From Bacteriovoracia bacterium (GTDB lineage: Bacteria; Bdellovibrionota; UBA1018; CAIPTA01), in assembly GCA_050246755.1 (NCBI GenBank), contig JBFWVL010000001.1, positions 1,056,001 through 1,120,000 on the forward strand: a DNA stretch of 64,000 bases. The letters are read 5' to 3'. The translations under genes were made by a program, and so were the position numbers. Positions 47,054 to 56,617 of the stretch are shown piece by piece (position 1 is the stretch's first letter; each line of letters begins with the position of its first letter). Under the pieces are notes generated by a model, which was given only the letters and a program-made list of their open reading frames with translations, was not told where the DNA came from and ran no database searches.

Positions 47054-48244
47054 CTAAGGAATCTGTTTATTTAGCCAATTCGCGAACGCGAAGCTAGCGG
47101 TATAAGCCGGCGAAACCGCGTTCAATACGTGGGTGGAGTTTTTCCCGGGAAGAACCAAGAAATCCATAACGAGCTGATGGTTTTTCGTGTCCACCAGCTG
47201 GGCCCGGATCCCCGATTTCACCTCGGCCGACAAATCAGATCCAGAAACCCCGGGTAAAAGCCCACGCAACTCCGAGAGGAAATTGGCGGGCCATAGGCGA
47301 GCCACTTCCGAACGCACATGGCGGCGCATATTGTTTTTATTCATCAGCCACATCCGGGAAATTTCCCCGAGAAAACCCGCGCCCTCGAGCTCTATGCCTC
47401 GTAAACCCTGATAGTGTTCGCGGCCCAGCGCCGGCACCGCCGTAGGGCCAACCCAAATCTTTCCGTGCACAGATTTCGTCACGTGCACGCCGAGAAAAGG
47501 CAGCGAGAGATCGGGAGTAGGATAGATAAGATGACGGATTTTTTCGGTCCAGGGAGCGGTCATGCCCACGTAAGCCCCGCGAAAGGGCAAAAGGCGGTAT
47601 TGCTCCCCTATCCCAAAACGGTGGGCCAGCTTATCAGCATAAGCCCCCGCAGTATTAATCAGGTGCCCGTAACTAAATCGCTCACCGCCCGCCTCGAAAC
47701 TTCCCGCCTCCACTTCGAGCCTCTCTACGCTCGCCCCGAACCGAAGCGTTATTTTTCCTTTCAGCTCTTCCACAAGAGAGGCCAAAACGGATTTATTATC
47801 AATCACCGCGGTGAGAGGAGAAAGCAGCGCCGTGCGGTGGGTTTTAGCGGCGGGTTCGATCTCCCTAGCCTGGCTCTGCGTGAGCCTTTCTACCGGTACG
47901 CCATTGGCCTTAGATCTCTGTTCGATGAGGTCAAGCCGAGGCAAATCTTCGTCGGTCGAGGCCACGAGAAGTTTCCCAACCTGAGCATAGGGCAAGTTCC
48001 GCGCTTGTACGTATTCCCTGAGTTTTCGTGCTCCTTCTACGCAGAGGAGGGCCTTTAGGCTGCCGGGCGGATAGTACAATCCCGCATGTACCACTCCGCT
48101 GTTGCGACCACTCGCGTGAAACCCCGTACTGGTTTCCTTCTCGAAAAGGGCGATTTTCGCAGGGGGGCGCGTGGAAGCCAGCTCTTTGGCCAGAGTAAGG
48201 CCGATGATCCCGCCCCCTACGATCACGTAGTCGAAATGCTGCAT
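47054..48244 (-). CDS. lhgO: L-2-hydroxyglutarate oxidase-like FAD-dependent oxidoreductase
   Basis: IVGGGIIG, EKE, HASGRNSGV.HAG.YY..GSLKA..C, IYP.PD...PFLGVH, GIRAQ, H.LNA.SPA.T.S; ATG 48244 preferred. Confidence 0.85.
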   Translation of the reverse strand: MQHFDYVIVGGGIIGLTLAKELASTRPPAKIALFEKETSTGFHASGRNSGVVHAGLYYPPGSLKALLCVEGARKLREYVQARNLPYAQVGKLLVASTDEDLPRLDLIEQRSKANGVPVERLTQSQAREIEPAAKTHRTALLSPLTAVIDNKSVLASLVEELKGKITLRFGASVERLEVEAGSFEAGGERFSYGHLINTAGAYADKLAHRFGIGEQYRLLPFRGAYVGMTAPWTEKIRHLIYPTPDLSLPFLGVHVTKSVHGKIWVGPTAVPALGREHYQGLRGIELEGAGFLGEISRMWLMNKNNMRRHVRSEVARLWPANFLSELRGLLPGVSGSDLSAEVKSGIRAQLVDTKNHQLVMDFLVLPGKNSTHVLNAVSPAYTASFAFANWLNKQIP

Positions 48245-48376
48245 AAAATTTCTTATCTTGAGAAAGAGGCTAATTCTATGCCTAATTCCCTCGACACCGA
48301 GCGACATTTTCTTGTTTTCGGGGGAATTCAGATGATAACTAGCGGAAGCCACTGAAACCTGAAAAACTAGGAAGCC

Positions 48377-48964
48377 ATGACAGCTAAAGATTTCGTTACT
48401 AAATACCTCGCCGAAGCCCTTCCCATTTTTGAAGTATACCGCACCGAGCATTTTACTCGGGCGATGGACCTTCTATGGACCGCCTACCAAGGCAATAAAC
48501 AAATTTTCATCTTCGGCAACGGGGGATCGGCCGGAACCAGCTCCCACATGGTGAATGACCTCTCCAAGGGCAGCTCGGTACACGATAAACGGCGCCTACG
48601 CGTGATCGGCCTGGCCGACAACATGAGCCTGCTCACCGCCTATGCGAACGATAACGGCTACGAGACGGTTTTCGCCGAACAGCTGAAGAACCTAATGAAT
48701 CCCGGCGACGTATGCATCGCGATTTCCGCGAGTGGAAACTCTCCGAACGTGATTAAAGCCGTGGAGTACGCCAAGGAAAAGGGGGGAAAAGTGATCAGCC
48801 TCGTAGGCTTCTCGGGTGGAAAGCTACGCCCCTTAAGCGACGTAGCCCTCTATTTCGAGACCTACAACTACGGCATCTGCGAAGACGCCCAGCTCATGTT
48901 CTCCCACCTGAGCTGCCAGTACCTCCACCAGAAGATAGAGGCCGAGGGCATTCCGGCCCTCTAA
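48377..48964 (+). CDS. gmhA: SIS-domain phosphosugar isomerase (sedoheptulose-7-phosphate isomerase family)
   Basis: GNGGSA..SSH..NDL, TA.AND..Y..VF..Q, IS.SGNS.NV, GF.GG.L, ED....H. Confidence 0.85.
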   Translation: MTAKDFVTKYLAEALPIFEVYRTEHFTRAMDLLWTAYQGNKQIFIFGNGGSAGTSSHMVNDLSKGSSVHDKRRLRVIGLADNMSLLTAYANDNGYETVFAEQLKNLMNPGDVCIAISASGNSPNVIKAVEYAKEKGGKVISLVGFSGGKLRPLSDVALYFETYNYGICEDAQLMFSHLSCQYLHQKIEAEGIPAL

Positions 48965-49102
48965 AATACCCCCATTTTCCCTATGAAAAGCCCGAAAATT
49001 GATTCGGTCGGCCATCCTTTGCCCAAGACGGCCAATAAGTTTGCTACAGTGGTAGGCTCCTGATATGAAAAATTCAATATTCATCACCCGTACGGAGCGC
49101 AT

Positions 49103-50710
49103 ATGGTCATTTTAGGCATTCATGGGGGATTCACGCTTGGGCAACACGATGCCGGCGCAGCCCTTATCAAAGACGGAAAAGTTATCGCCGTTTGCGAAGA
49201 AGAGCGCTTCCTCAAGATCAAGGCCGCTCGCGGACAAATGCCAATCTTCGCCATTAACGCCTGCCTCAAAGAAGCCGGCCTAAAGATGAAGGACGTAGAC
49301 CTCGTTCTCTGCCCCGGCGCCACCTACGAGAAGATGGAAGAGCGCCTCGGCCTATTTTTTAAGCACTATTTCCATCACCAGCCCAAAATCCAGCTCGTGA
49401 ACCATCAGTTGGCCCACCTCGCTTCCACCTACTACGCCTCCGGCTATTCCGAAGCGATGTGCGTATCCTACGATTTCCGCGGCGATCGTCTTAGTTGCGC
49501 GCTCGGCGTGGGCAAAGGCGATACGATCGAAGTGCTGGAAACTTACGAAGCCGAAAATTCCCTCGGGATGTTCTACGCAATGATCACCCAGCACATGGGC
49601 TTCTCGATCGGCGAAGACGAGTATAAGCTCATGGGCCTCGCGCCTTACGGGGAAGACAAATACGATCTCTCGCCAATCCTGAAGATCACCGATCAGGGCT
49701 ACGAAGTGAATATGGATTTCGTGCGCAAATCCCCGCCGATTTCCTCCAGCGTAGAACCCATTTATTCGGAAAAGCTTAATGAGCTTCTCGGCGCCCCGCG
49801 CTTGCCCTCGGAGCCGATCACTCAGCGCCATAAGGACATCGCCCACTCCGCCCAAAAGCATTTGGAGAAGGCCCTCAATCACTTGATCACCAAATTCTAC
49901 GAACGCACCAAGATCGCCAATCTCTGCGTGGCGGGCGGCGTGGCGCTAAACTGCAGCGCCAACGGAAAAATCCGTGCTCTGCCTTTCCTGAAAAAAATGT
50001 TCGTGCAGCCGGCCTCCTCGGACCGCGGCCTCCCCCTGGGCTGTGCCTATATCGGCTCCATGCAAACCGGGCACCGCCCGGAAGTACTCACCTCCGTGTA
50101 TATGGGCCCGACCTATACCGACGAAGAGGTAAAGAACGCGCTTACCCTCACCGGCCTAACCTTCAAGAAAAGCGAAAATACCGCCCAGGAAGCTGCTGGC
50201 CTCCTTGCGAAGGGCAAAGTAATCGGCTGGTTCCAGGGACGTTCCGAATTCGGCCCACGCGCGCTCGGAAATCGCTCCATTCTCGCCGATCCCCGCGCTC
50301 CTCACATGAAGGATGTGGTGAATAAGAAAATTAAGTTCCGCGAAGAATTCCGCCCCTTCGCTCCCGCTTGCCTGGAAGAAGCCGGCCAAGAAATTTTTGA
50401 CCTTTCGGCGCCCTCGCCTTTCATGACCTACGCCGTGCAAGTACGAGACGGCTATAAATCACAAGTAGCCTCCACCACTCACGTGGACAACTCGGCAAGG
50501 GTGCAGACCGTTTCCGCAAAAACCAATCCGCGCTTTCACGCTCTTATCTCGGAATTCAATAAAATTACCGGTACCCCGGTGGTTTTGAATACGAGCTTCA
50601 ACGTAAAGGGCCAGCCGATCGTGGAAACCGCGCTCGACGCCGTGGCCACCTTCGCCAGCACGGGCATCGATGCGCTTTTCGTGCACGACTACGTTCTCTA
50701 CAAGAGCTAG
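49103..50710 (+). CDS. O-carbamoyltransferase, NodU/CmcH family (second paralogue)
   Basis: HDAGAAL, EEERF, NHQLAHLAS, EYKLMGLAPYG, GGVALNC.ANG, GPRALGNRSILADP, FRPFAP, LNTSFN..G.PIV. Confidence 0.93.
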   Translation: MVILGIHGGFTLGQHDAGAALIKDGKVIAVCEEERFLKIKAARGQMPIFAINACLKEAGLKMKDVDLVLCPGATYEKMEERLGLFFKHYFHHQPKIQLVNHQLAHLASTYYASGYSEAMCVSYDFRGDRLSCALGVGKGDTIEVLETYEAENSLGMFYAMITQHMGFSIGEDEYKLMGLAPYGEDKYDLSPILKITDQGYEVNMDFVRKSPPISSSVEPIYSEKLNELLGAPRLPSEPITQRHKDIAHSAQKHLEKALNHLITKFYERTKIANLCVAGGVALNCSANGKIRALPFLKKMFVQPASSDRGLPLGCAYIGSMQTGHRPEVLTSVYMGPTYTDEEVKNALTLTGLTFKKSENTAQEAAGLLAKGKVIGWFQGRSEFGPRALGNRSILADPRAPHMKDVVNKKIKFREEFRPFAPACLEEAGQEIFDLSAPSPFMTYAVQVRDGYKSQVASTTHVDNSARVQTVSAKTNPRFHALISEFNKITGTPVVLNTSFNVKGQPIVETALDAVATFASTGIDALFVHDYVLYKS

Positions 50711-50719
50711 GGCCTGACT

Positions 50720-51568
50720 TTGTCGCAGACAGACAATGCTTTAATCACCGGCTATTCTTCCGAGATCGCCCAGACGATTGCTGAGGCTTTAGCCAAAAAT
50801 GGCTGGCGCGTGTTTGGTCAGAGTCGCAAACCATCCTCTCGTGCCGAAGTTTTCTTGGGGAAATTCACGGATATTCCTCCCGAGTTATTAAATCGCATGA
50901 AGCTCCTCGTGCACGTAGCGGCGCCTACGCCTCGCTCCGAAGGCGAGCTAAGCCCGGCCTATGCACAGTCTCTCGAAGCCAACCGACTCTTCCTCGGGGA
51001 GGTGGGAAAATCTTCGATCCAAACGGCGCTGATGCTTTCCACCTCTTCGGTATATGAAAATGATCCACGTGCGCTGTGGACCGAGGAGCAGCCTTTAAGC
51101 CCGAGCAGTGCTTATGCCATCGCCAAGTTAAAAGCAGAAGAAATGCTCACCGCGCTTCCGCAACGCAGCATTGCTCTGCGTTGCCCTGCAGTGCTGGGGC
51201 GGCATTCCGCTCCCACTTGGCTCTCCGCAGCCATCGAAAAAATCCGAACCCATCAGACGGTGAAAATCCAGAACCCTAGCGCCCTCTATAATCGCTTCGC
51301 GACCGTGGATTTCCTCGGTGAAGCGGTGGCTCAGCTAGCCCGCGCGACCCAAGCGCGGGGTGCCATTAACCTCGCCCCGAAAAATCCAATTCCCTTGCGT
51401 CAAATCACGGAATCGCTTGTGAAAAGGTTTAACTCTCACTCCCATCTAGAGTTTACCGGTAACGATTCCATTCCCGTCATGGACACCACGAAGCTTTCCC
51501 ACTTTTGGGAAGGAGAATTACCCTCCGTTTCTCAAATCCTGACTACGATTCCCACGCCCCATCGCTGA
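50720..51568 (+). CDS. NAD(P)-dependent epimerase/reductase (divergent extended SDR)
   Basis: Degenerate ITGYSSEIA nucleotide-binding motif, STSSVY, YAIAK. Confidence 0.7.
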   Translation: MSQTDNALITGYSSEIAQTIAEALAKNGWRVFGQSRKPSSRAEVFLGKFTDIPPELLNRMKLLVHVAAPTPRSEGELSPAYAQSLEANRLFLGEVGKSSIQTALMLSTSSVYENDPRALWTEEQPLSPSSAYAIAKLKAEEMLTALPQRSIALRCPAVLGRHSAPTWLSAAIEKIRTHQTVKIQNPSALYNRFATVDFLGEAVAQLARATQARGAINLAPKNPIPLRQITESLVKRFNSHSHLEFTGNDSIPVMDTTKLSHFWEGELPSVSQILTTIPTPHR

Positions 51569-51691
51569 GAAATGGAACGGCTCGCGTCAATCCTTAACTC
51601 AACGAAATGGTTTCAAAAGATAAATAAACAGAGTAATTGTAGGGTTCAATTTAAATTGCAAGCAGACAATAACTCGCGGAGAAATAAGACT

Positions 51692-52729
51692 ATGAAAGAT
51701 TTTTTAAACTCTCAGGAAAATGCAGCCCTGCGCCAAGGCTGGGCGTTTGATGACCGATGGAGCCGAATCGGTTCACCCTATATTTGGGTAGATGGCGATC
51801 GCATGGACAGCATGCTCACGGATCAGTACGCCATGCTTCAATTCCTCTCAATGTACTACGAAAAATACGAAACCCTTGCGGCCCTGAAAACTTCCGACCA
51901 CGATGCAGTCTATAAAAAAGGCGAAGAAACTCTCCGCGGAATGCTGGATTTCTATTTCCCCTTCTTACCCCAAGATAAGCGCGTGAAAAATAATATCGAG
52001 TGCACCGCCCTCACCCGCACCCAAGATTATTGCTTCATTCGTCAGTTCTGTAAGGACCTCGCTGCGAATCCTACCCACTTGGATATCGGCCCGGGCTTAG
52101 GCTCCCACGCCATGTACAGTACCTTCTTCCTTAAGGGCCGCTACCTCGGCTTGGAAGCTAGCAAGTATTCCTACGAAGCCCAGCGCTACTTCTTCCGCCA
52201 TCTCGCGGCTCTCTCGGGCAATACTTATTGCGATCCGATCAGCGCAGAAAAAATCAATGGCTACAATCGTGAAGTGGGCGCGCTCGTGAACGATTCCCGC
52301 TTCAAGATTACTCACGTTCCTTCCTGGTACGCCGAAGACATCAAGAGCCAGACTGTAGATCTCGTGACTGCCACTTGGGTGCTGAACGAAGTTTCTCCCG
52401 CGGGAATTACCTGGCTACTCAGCCACAGTCTGCGTTCCCTAAAAATGGGTGGCTACTTTTATATCCGCGACAGCCATAAGCTAAAGCCAAACCGCCACGC
52501 CGTGAACTATGACGAAATTCTCCAGAAGTACGGCTGTGAACGCGTAAAAGAGTTGGAAGTAACCAACCGCGTGGATATGTTTGGCATCCCGCGCGCGTAC
52601 CAGAAGAAGAAAGAGTTCAATCTCGGATTCGAAGAATTCTTCGACCAGCTCTACGGCCGTTTTGCCATCACCGTACACCAAGGTGAGTACATGCAGAACC
52701 TCAGCACTGCGCCGATCGCGAAGAAATAA
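51692..52729 (+). CDS. Putative sugar O-methyltransferase
   Basis: HLDIGPGLG, GLEAS, VDLV.ATW.LNE, LK.GGY.YIRD; GGAG upstream of ATG 51692. Confidence 0.65.
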   Translation: MKDFLNSQENAALRQGWAFDDRWSRIGSPYIWVDGDRMDSMLTDQYAMLQFLSMYYEKYETLAALKTSDHDAVYKKGEETLRGMLDFYFPFLPQDKRVKNNIECTALTRTQDYCFIRQFCKDLAANPTHLDIGPGLGSHAMYSTFFLKGRYLGLEASKYSYEAQRYFFRHLAALSGNTYCDPISAEKINGYNREVGALVNDSRFKITHVPSWYAEDIKSQTVDLVTATWVLNEVSPAGITWLLSHSLRSLKMGGYFYIRDSHKLKPNRHAVNYDEILQKYGCERVKELEVTNRVDMFGIPRAYQKKKEFNLGFEEFFDQLYGRFAITVHQGEYMQNLSTAPIAKK

Positions 52730-52747
52730 GAAAAGAAAAAGCGAACC

Positions 52748-53935
52748 CTAGGCTAAAAACCAGGGATTCGCCTTTGCATAACCGATCCCAATACGACAAC
52801 GGCTTGGAACTTCCAGGCCGTTTTTTTTCATAATTTGGGCAAAGCGTTCTCGAACCGCAAGAGCTTCGTCATCCAGGTTCTGCCCACCAAAACATTCCTG
52901 AAAGGCATCTAGGGCAAACTGCCGGATCTCTTCGTCCGTATTGTTTACTACCCTGAAACCCCGGTCACTCTCGCTGAAATAGTATCCTATGCCGGCATCG
53001 AAAATCTGCTGTAGACTGAGCGGAGTGCCGTCCTCCCTAGTGATTTTCTTGGGAATAAAAAAATCGAAAACTCCTTGGCAAGCATGCCCAATGGGAATGA
53101 AGTTGGCGCGAAAAACGGGCTTACGAAATGTTACCGGCACGGTATCTATGCCCGAAACGCTCGATAGACAAAACTCACAGTGGGCGGTGAGGAAAATATC
53201 GAGCATATCGCTCTTCAGATCGGAAGAGGCATAGTCGATCACAAGGGGATTCTTAGCGCCGAGCGAACCTTTCACCACCTTGCCGAGCCTTACGGCATAG
53301 AGCCCGTGACTTTCCACCAGATCGATCACGGCCGGCAGGTAGGTGCTGATTTCCACGTTCCGGAAATTATACTTTAGATCGGTCTTATCTTCCTTGGCGG
53401 AAAATTCTTTGTGGTTTTGGAGTAACCAAGATTTATAGGCATTATCGCGCCCGTGAAAGATAAAAAACTTAGCGTTTTTAGGTAGACCAATCTCAGCTAG
53501 AACCTCACGGCACCGCTCTTGATCCGCTTTTGGCATTGCAATGGCGATGGGAGAGCTCCAAAGGGTTTGCTCAAGGTGCACCCCACCCCTTGCCTCGGCG
53601 AGCCGGAATTTTAAATGAGCGAGCTCTTTATTAGAGGAGCAGAAGGCGTAGAGACGAGAAAAGAATCCGGTGAAAAATCTCGGCATGATCATCACGCGTT
53701 TCTTCCACAGGCTCAGGAGATATTTGTTACTCACCACCGCGGAACGAAAAAAAATTGGGTACGGCTGCTTTTCGTGAGAATGCAAGAATTTATAGGAGGC
53801 CCAGTAGTCGAGGTTAGTGGTAAAATCGCCAATCACGCCTGCACGCACGTATACCAGCTGAAACGGAAAAATCTTCGCAATCCCAAGTAGTACGGCTGCC
53901 ACTGACCTTTTTGCGATTTTTTTCACTATTGTCAT
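52748..53935 (-). CDS. Putative glycosyltransferase, TIGR04372-like
   Basis: IG.F, H.RD..Y, FRN..I..Y, VRLG, IDYA, DIFL...C.F.....SG, N...EI motifs recalled for this family. Confidence 0.7.
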   Translation of the reverse strand: MTIVKKIAKRSVAAVLLGIAKIFPFQLVYVRAGVIGDFTTNLDYWASYKFLHSHEKQPYPIFFRSAVVSNKYLLSLWKKRVMIMPRFFTGFFSRLYAFCSSNKELAHLKFRLAEARGGVHLEQTLWSSPIAIAMPKADQERCREVLAEIGLPKNAKFFIFHGRDNAYKSWLLQNHKEFSAKEDKTDLKYNFRNVEISTYLPAVIDLVESHGLYAVRLGKVVKGSLGAKNPLVIDYASSDLKSDMLDIFLTAHCEFCLSSVSGIDTVPVTFRKPVFRANFIPIGHACQGVFDFFIPKKITREDGTPLSLQQIFDAGIGYYFSESDRGFRVVNNTDEEIRQFALDAFQECFGGQNLDDEALAVRERFAQIMKKNGLEVPSRCRIGIGYAKANPWFLA

Positions 53936-53940
53936 CAATC

Positions 53941-54993
53941 TTAGAAGGGCCCTTTGAACCAGTTACCGGGAACGTCGTGGGGACCGTCTTTTTTCGGCGG
54001 AAGCTCGCCCGCACTCACGCCCATGAGTGCGGCGCAAGCTTGGAAGATTTCCCGCGCTTCGGGATAGAAGCCGGCGGTTAAGGCCGGGCTCGTGGGAACC
54101 GGATGATCCGGGAGGCAAAGGCGTTTCGGCGCGGCCTTCAGCGAAGAGAAGAGCTCGCAGCTCATCTTGGCGATGATCTCTCCGGCCACCGAACAGGTTT
54201 CGTGGGATGTATCGAGCACGAGCAAACGGCCGGTTTTCTTTACCGACTGCGCGATCATGGGCCAGTCGATGGGATTGATACTGCGAAGATCGATGAGGTC
54301 TACGCTGATCCCCTTTTTCTCCAGGAAGCTCAAAGCGTGGATGGCCTCAATCGTCATGTACGACATCGAAACTACCGTAACGTCTTTCCCCTCGGAAATT
54401 TTCTGCGCCTTGCCGAGTGGCAAGCGGAAATCGCCTTCGGGAACGTGGCTAATCGACTCATGAAGCCAGCGGTGCTCGAGGAAAATCACGGGATCTGGAT
54501 CAAAGATACTTTCGAGCAGTAAGCCCTTGGCATCGGCCGGCGTGGTGGGCATCACCACTTTTAGCCCAGGAATATGGGCGAACCAGGATTGCAGAGATTG
54601 CGAATGCGTAGGTCCCTGTCCCCAGCCGCGGCCGAGAATCATCCGGATAGTGATCGGCACGGAAGATTTTCCCCCAAACATATACTGCCACTTGGCGGCG
54701 TTATTCACGATTTGGTCGAGGGATAGCAGAGCAAAATCGAGGCGCTGATGCGTAAGAACCGAAGGGCAGCCACCGATCGCCGCACCGATTCCTATGCCGG
54801 TCATGGCGTTCTCGGCGGTGGGCATATCGAACACGCGATCGCCGCCATGCTTTTCTTTCAAGCCTAGGGTAGTGCCGAATACGCCCTTAGGATCGTCTGT
54901 GCCGAGGCCATAGACGAATACGTTTTTGTCGATCGTCATCGCGGTGTCGAGGGCCTCGCGGATGGCGGAAGCGAAAGAAATATTCCGGCTCAT
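53941..54993 (-). CDS. TPP-dependent 2-oxoacid dehydrogenase E1 beta-like subunit
   Basis: F.TT.GL....G..RV.D.P.AE..M.G..IG.A, GQGP.HSQ, PGLKVV.P..P.DAKGLL, DPV.FLEHR, IDLRSI.P.D. Confidence 0.9.
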   Translation of the reverse strand: MSRNISFASAIREALDTAMTIDKNVFVYGLGTDDPKGVFGTTLGLKEKHGGDRVFDMPTAENAMTGIGIGAAIGGCPSVLTHQRLDFALLSLDQIVNNAAKWQYMFGGKSSVPITIRMILGRGWGQGPTHSQSLQSWFAHIPGLKVVMPTTPADAKGLLLESIFDPDPVIFLEHRWLHESISHVPEGDFRLPLGKAQKISEGKDVTVVSMSYMTIEAIHALSFLEKKGISVDLIDLRSINPIDWPMIAQSVKKTGRLLVLDTSHETCSVAGEIIAKMSCELFSSLKAAPKRLCLPDHPVPTSPALTAGFYPEAREIFQACAALMGVSAGELPPKKDGPHDVPGNWFKGPF

Positions 54994-55970
54994 GCTTTCA
55001 CCGCCTTCGCATACACCGAGTCGGTACGCTCTCCGGCATTAGGAAAAGGAGCCGCTTCGGCGTAACTAAAGGCATCGTTTACTTCCTTTTCGATTTCTTT
55101 GGTGCGGGCGGCAATAGCATCCGCGGTAATTTTCTTGGCGGCCAACAGCTGCTGGGTGAAGAGTTCGATCGGGTCACGGACTTTCCAATCGGAAAACTCG
55201 CTCTCTGTGCGATAACCGATATGGTTGTCGTAGTTAGGCCCGCAGTGTTCACGCCAGCGGTAGGTAAAAAACTCGAGGAATTGGGGGCCGGAACCAGCAC
55301 GAATTTTTCTTACGGCCTCGGAAGTGGCGTTATAGACGGCCATTACGTCGTTGCCGTCTCCCGAAGAAGCCGGGCACCCCATCGCGGCCACCATTTCCGA
55401 AATTTTTCGGTCTTTGGGCTGCCGAACCGAAAGCGGCGAATAGACGGAGTAAAAGTTATTTTCGCAGAGAAAAAGCACCGGCAATTTTTTCAGCACGGCG
55501 AAGTTGGTGGCCTCGTAGAAAGCCCCCTCTTCCACGGCGCCGTCGCCCAAGAACACGCAGGCCACGCGATCGTTCTTTTTCAGCTTCATCGAAAGCCCTA
55601 GGCCTACTCCTACCGGAATGGTGCCGCCCACGATGGCGGTACTTCCCATGAAACCAACCGATTCATCGATGAGGTGCATGGATCCACCCTTGCCGCTAGA
55701 ACAGCCGACGGCTTTCCCGTAGATTTCGGCGAGCATCCCTTTCAGGGAGCCGCCCTTGCCCAGGTAATGGGTATGGGCACGGTGGCCACTAACGGCGAGG
55801 TCCGTGTGCTCCAAGCAAGCGCCCACCGCCGCCGACACCGCCTCTTGACCGGTAGAAAGGTGCACGGGACAGCGCATTTTTTGCTCTTGGTAGCGGCAGG
55901 CGATCGTTTCTTCCACGATCCGCAAACGCAGCATTCGCGACAGGAGATCTTGCTCTAAGGAATGAACCAA
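54990..55970 (-). CDS. TPP-dependent 2-oxoacid dehydrogenase E1 alpha-like subunit
   Basis: HLS.GQEA, HR.H, G.GGSMH, GDGA.EEG...E..N.A....LP....ENN (TPP motif), TYRW..H, DPI. Confidence 0.92.
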   Translation of the reverse strand: MVHSLEQDLLSRMLRLRIVEETIACRYQEQKMRCPVHLSTGQEAVSAAVGACLEHTDLAVSGHRAHTHYLGKGGSLKGMLAEIYGKAVGCSSGKGGSMHLIDESVGFMGSTAIVGGTIPVGVGLGLSMKLKKNDRVACVFLGDGAVEEGAFYEATNFAVLKKLPVLFLCENNFYSVYSPLSVRQPKDRKISEMVAAMGCPASSGDGNDVMAVYNATSEAVRKIRAGSGPQFLEFFTYRWREHCGPNYDNHIGYRTESEFSDWKVRDPIELFTQQLLAAKKITADAIAARTKEIEKEVNDAFSYAEAAPFPNAGERTDSVYAKAVKA

Positions 55971-56614
55971 AAATAATCTCCCGTATAGCCGACTTCTTTA
56001 AAAAACTTGATCCAGTCGTCTACGCTCATGATGGTTTTAGCCGTTAGGTTCCAAGCCCACATCCGGCGTTCTTCTTCGGGATTACGAAATGCGTCTACCG
56101 TGATGAAACTTTTTCCACGGCTCACACGTTCAATTTCCTGAAGAGCTTGGCCACACTCGGCACGCTCGAGATTGTGAATAGTATTAATGGAGATCACTAC
56201 GTCGAAAGATTTATCGGGAAAGGGAAGCTGGCGGGCATCGGCCACCGACATATGAGGGCGCATGTCTTCCATCCCATTTTCAATCGCGTAGCGAGAAATG
56301 TCGATCCCCTTTACGGTGATGCCGGGAATCTTCTCGGCAAAATCGTGCATCATGAAACCCTTGGCGCACCCTACGTCGAGCACAGAAGACTTCGACGTCA
56401 GGCCAAAATGCTTCTGGAACGCCGGCACCGTGGGCTGCCAAAAGCGCGGATTATACCCGAAGCCTCCATAGCCGGTTTTGCGGTCTCCGTCGAAAAATTC
56501 CTTGTCGAAGCGACGCGCGATCGCACGATCTTCATCGGTCTTCTGCGCGGCACGCTCATCCACGTTTCGTTTCGTGCGGGGATATTCGGCTAACAAATCG
56601 ATTTCGATTCCCAT
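55955..56614 (-). CDS. Class I SAM-dependent methyltransferase
   Basis: FFDGDR..GYGG, VLDVGCAKGF, GIDIS.YA, LPFPDKSFD.VISINT.HNL. Confidence 0.88.
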   Translation of the reverse strand: MGIEIDLLAEYPRTKRNVDERAAQKTDEDRAIARRFDKEFFDGDRKTGYGGFGYNPRFWQPTVPAFQKHFGLTSKSSVLDVGCAKGFMMHDFAEKIPGITVKGIDISRYAIENGMEDMRPHMSVADARQLPFPDKSFDVVISINTIHNLERAECGQALQEIERVSRGKSFITVDAFRNPEEERRMWAWNLTAKTIMSVDDWIKFFKEVGYTGDYFWFIP

Positions 56615-56617
56615 TCT

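Noticed and set aside
53941-55970. Housekeeping pyruvate or acetoin dehydrogenase
   Set aside because: No E2/E3 or lipoyl genes nearby and tight coupling to sugar-modifying genes.
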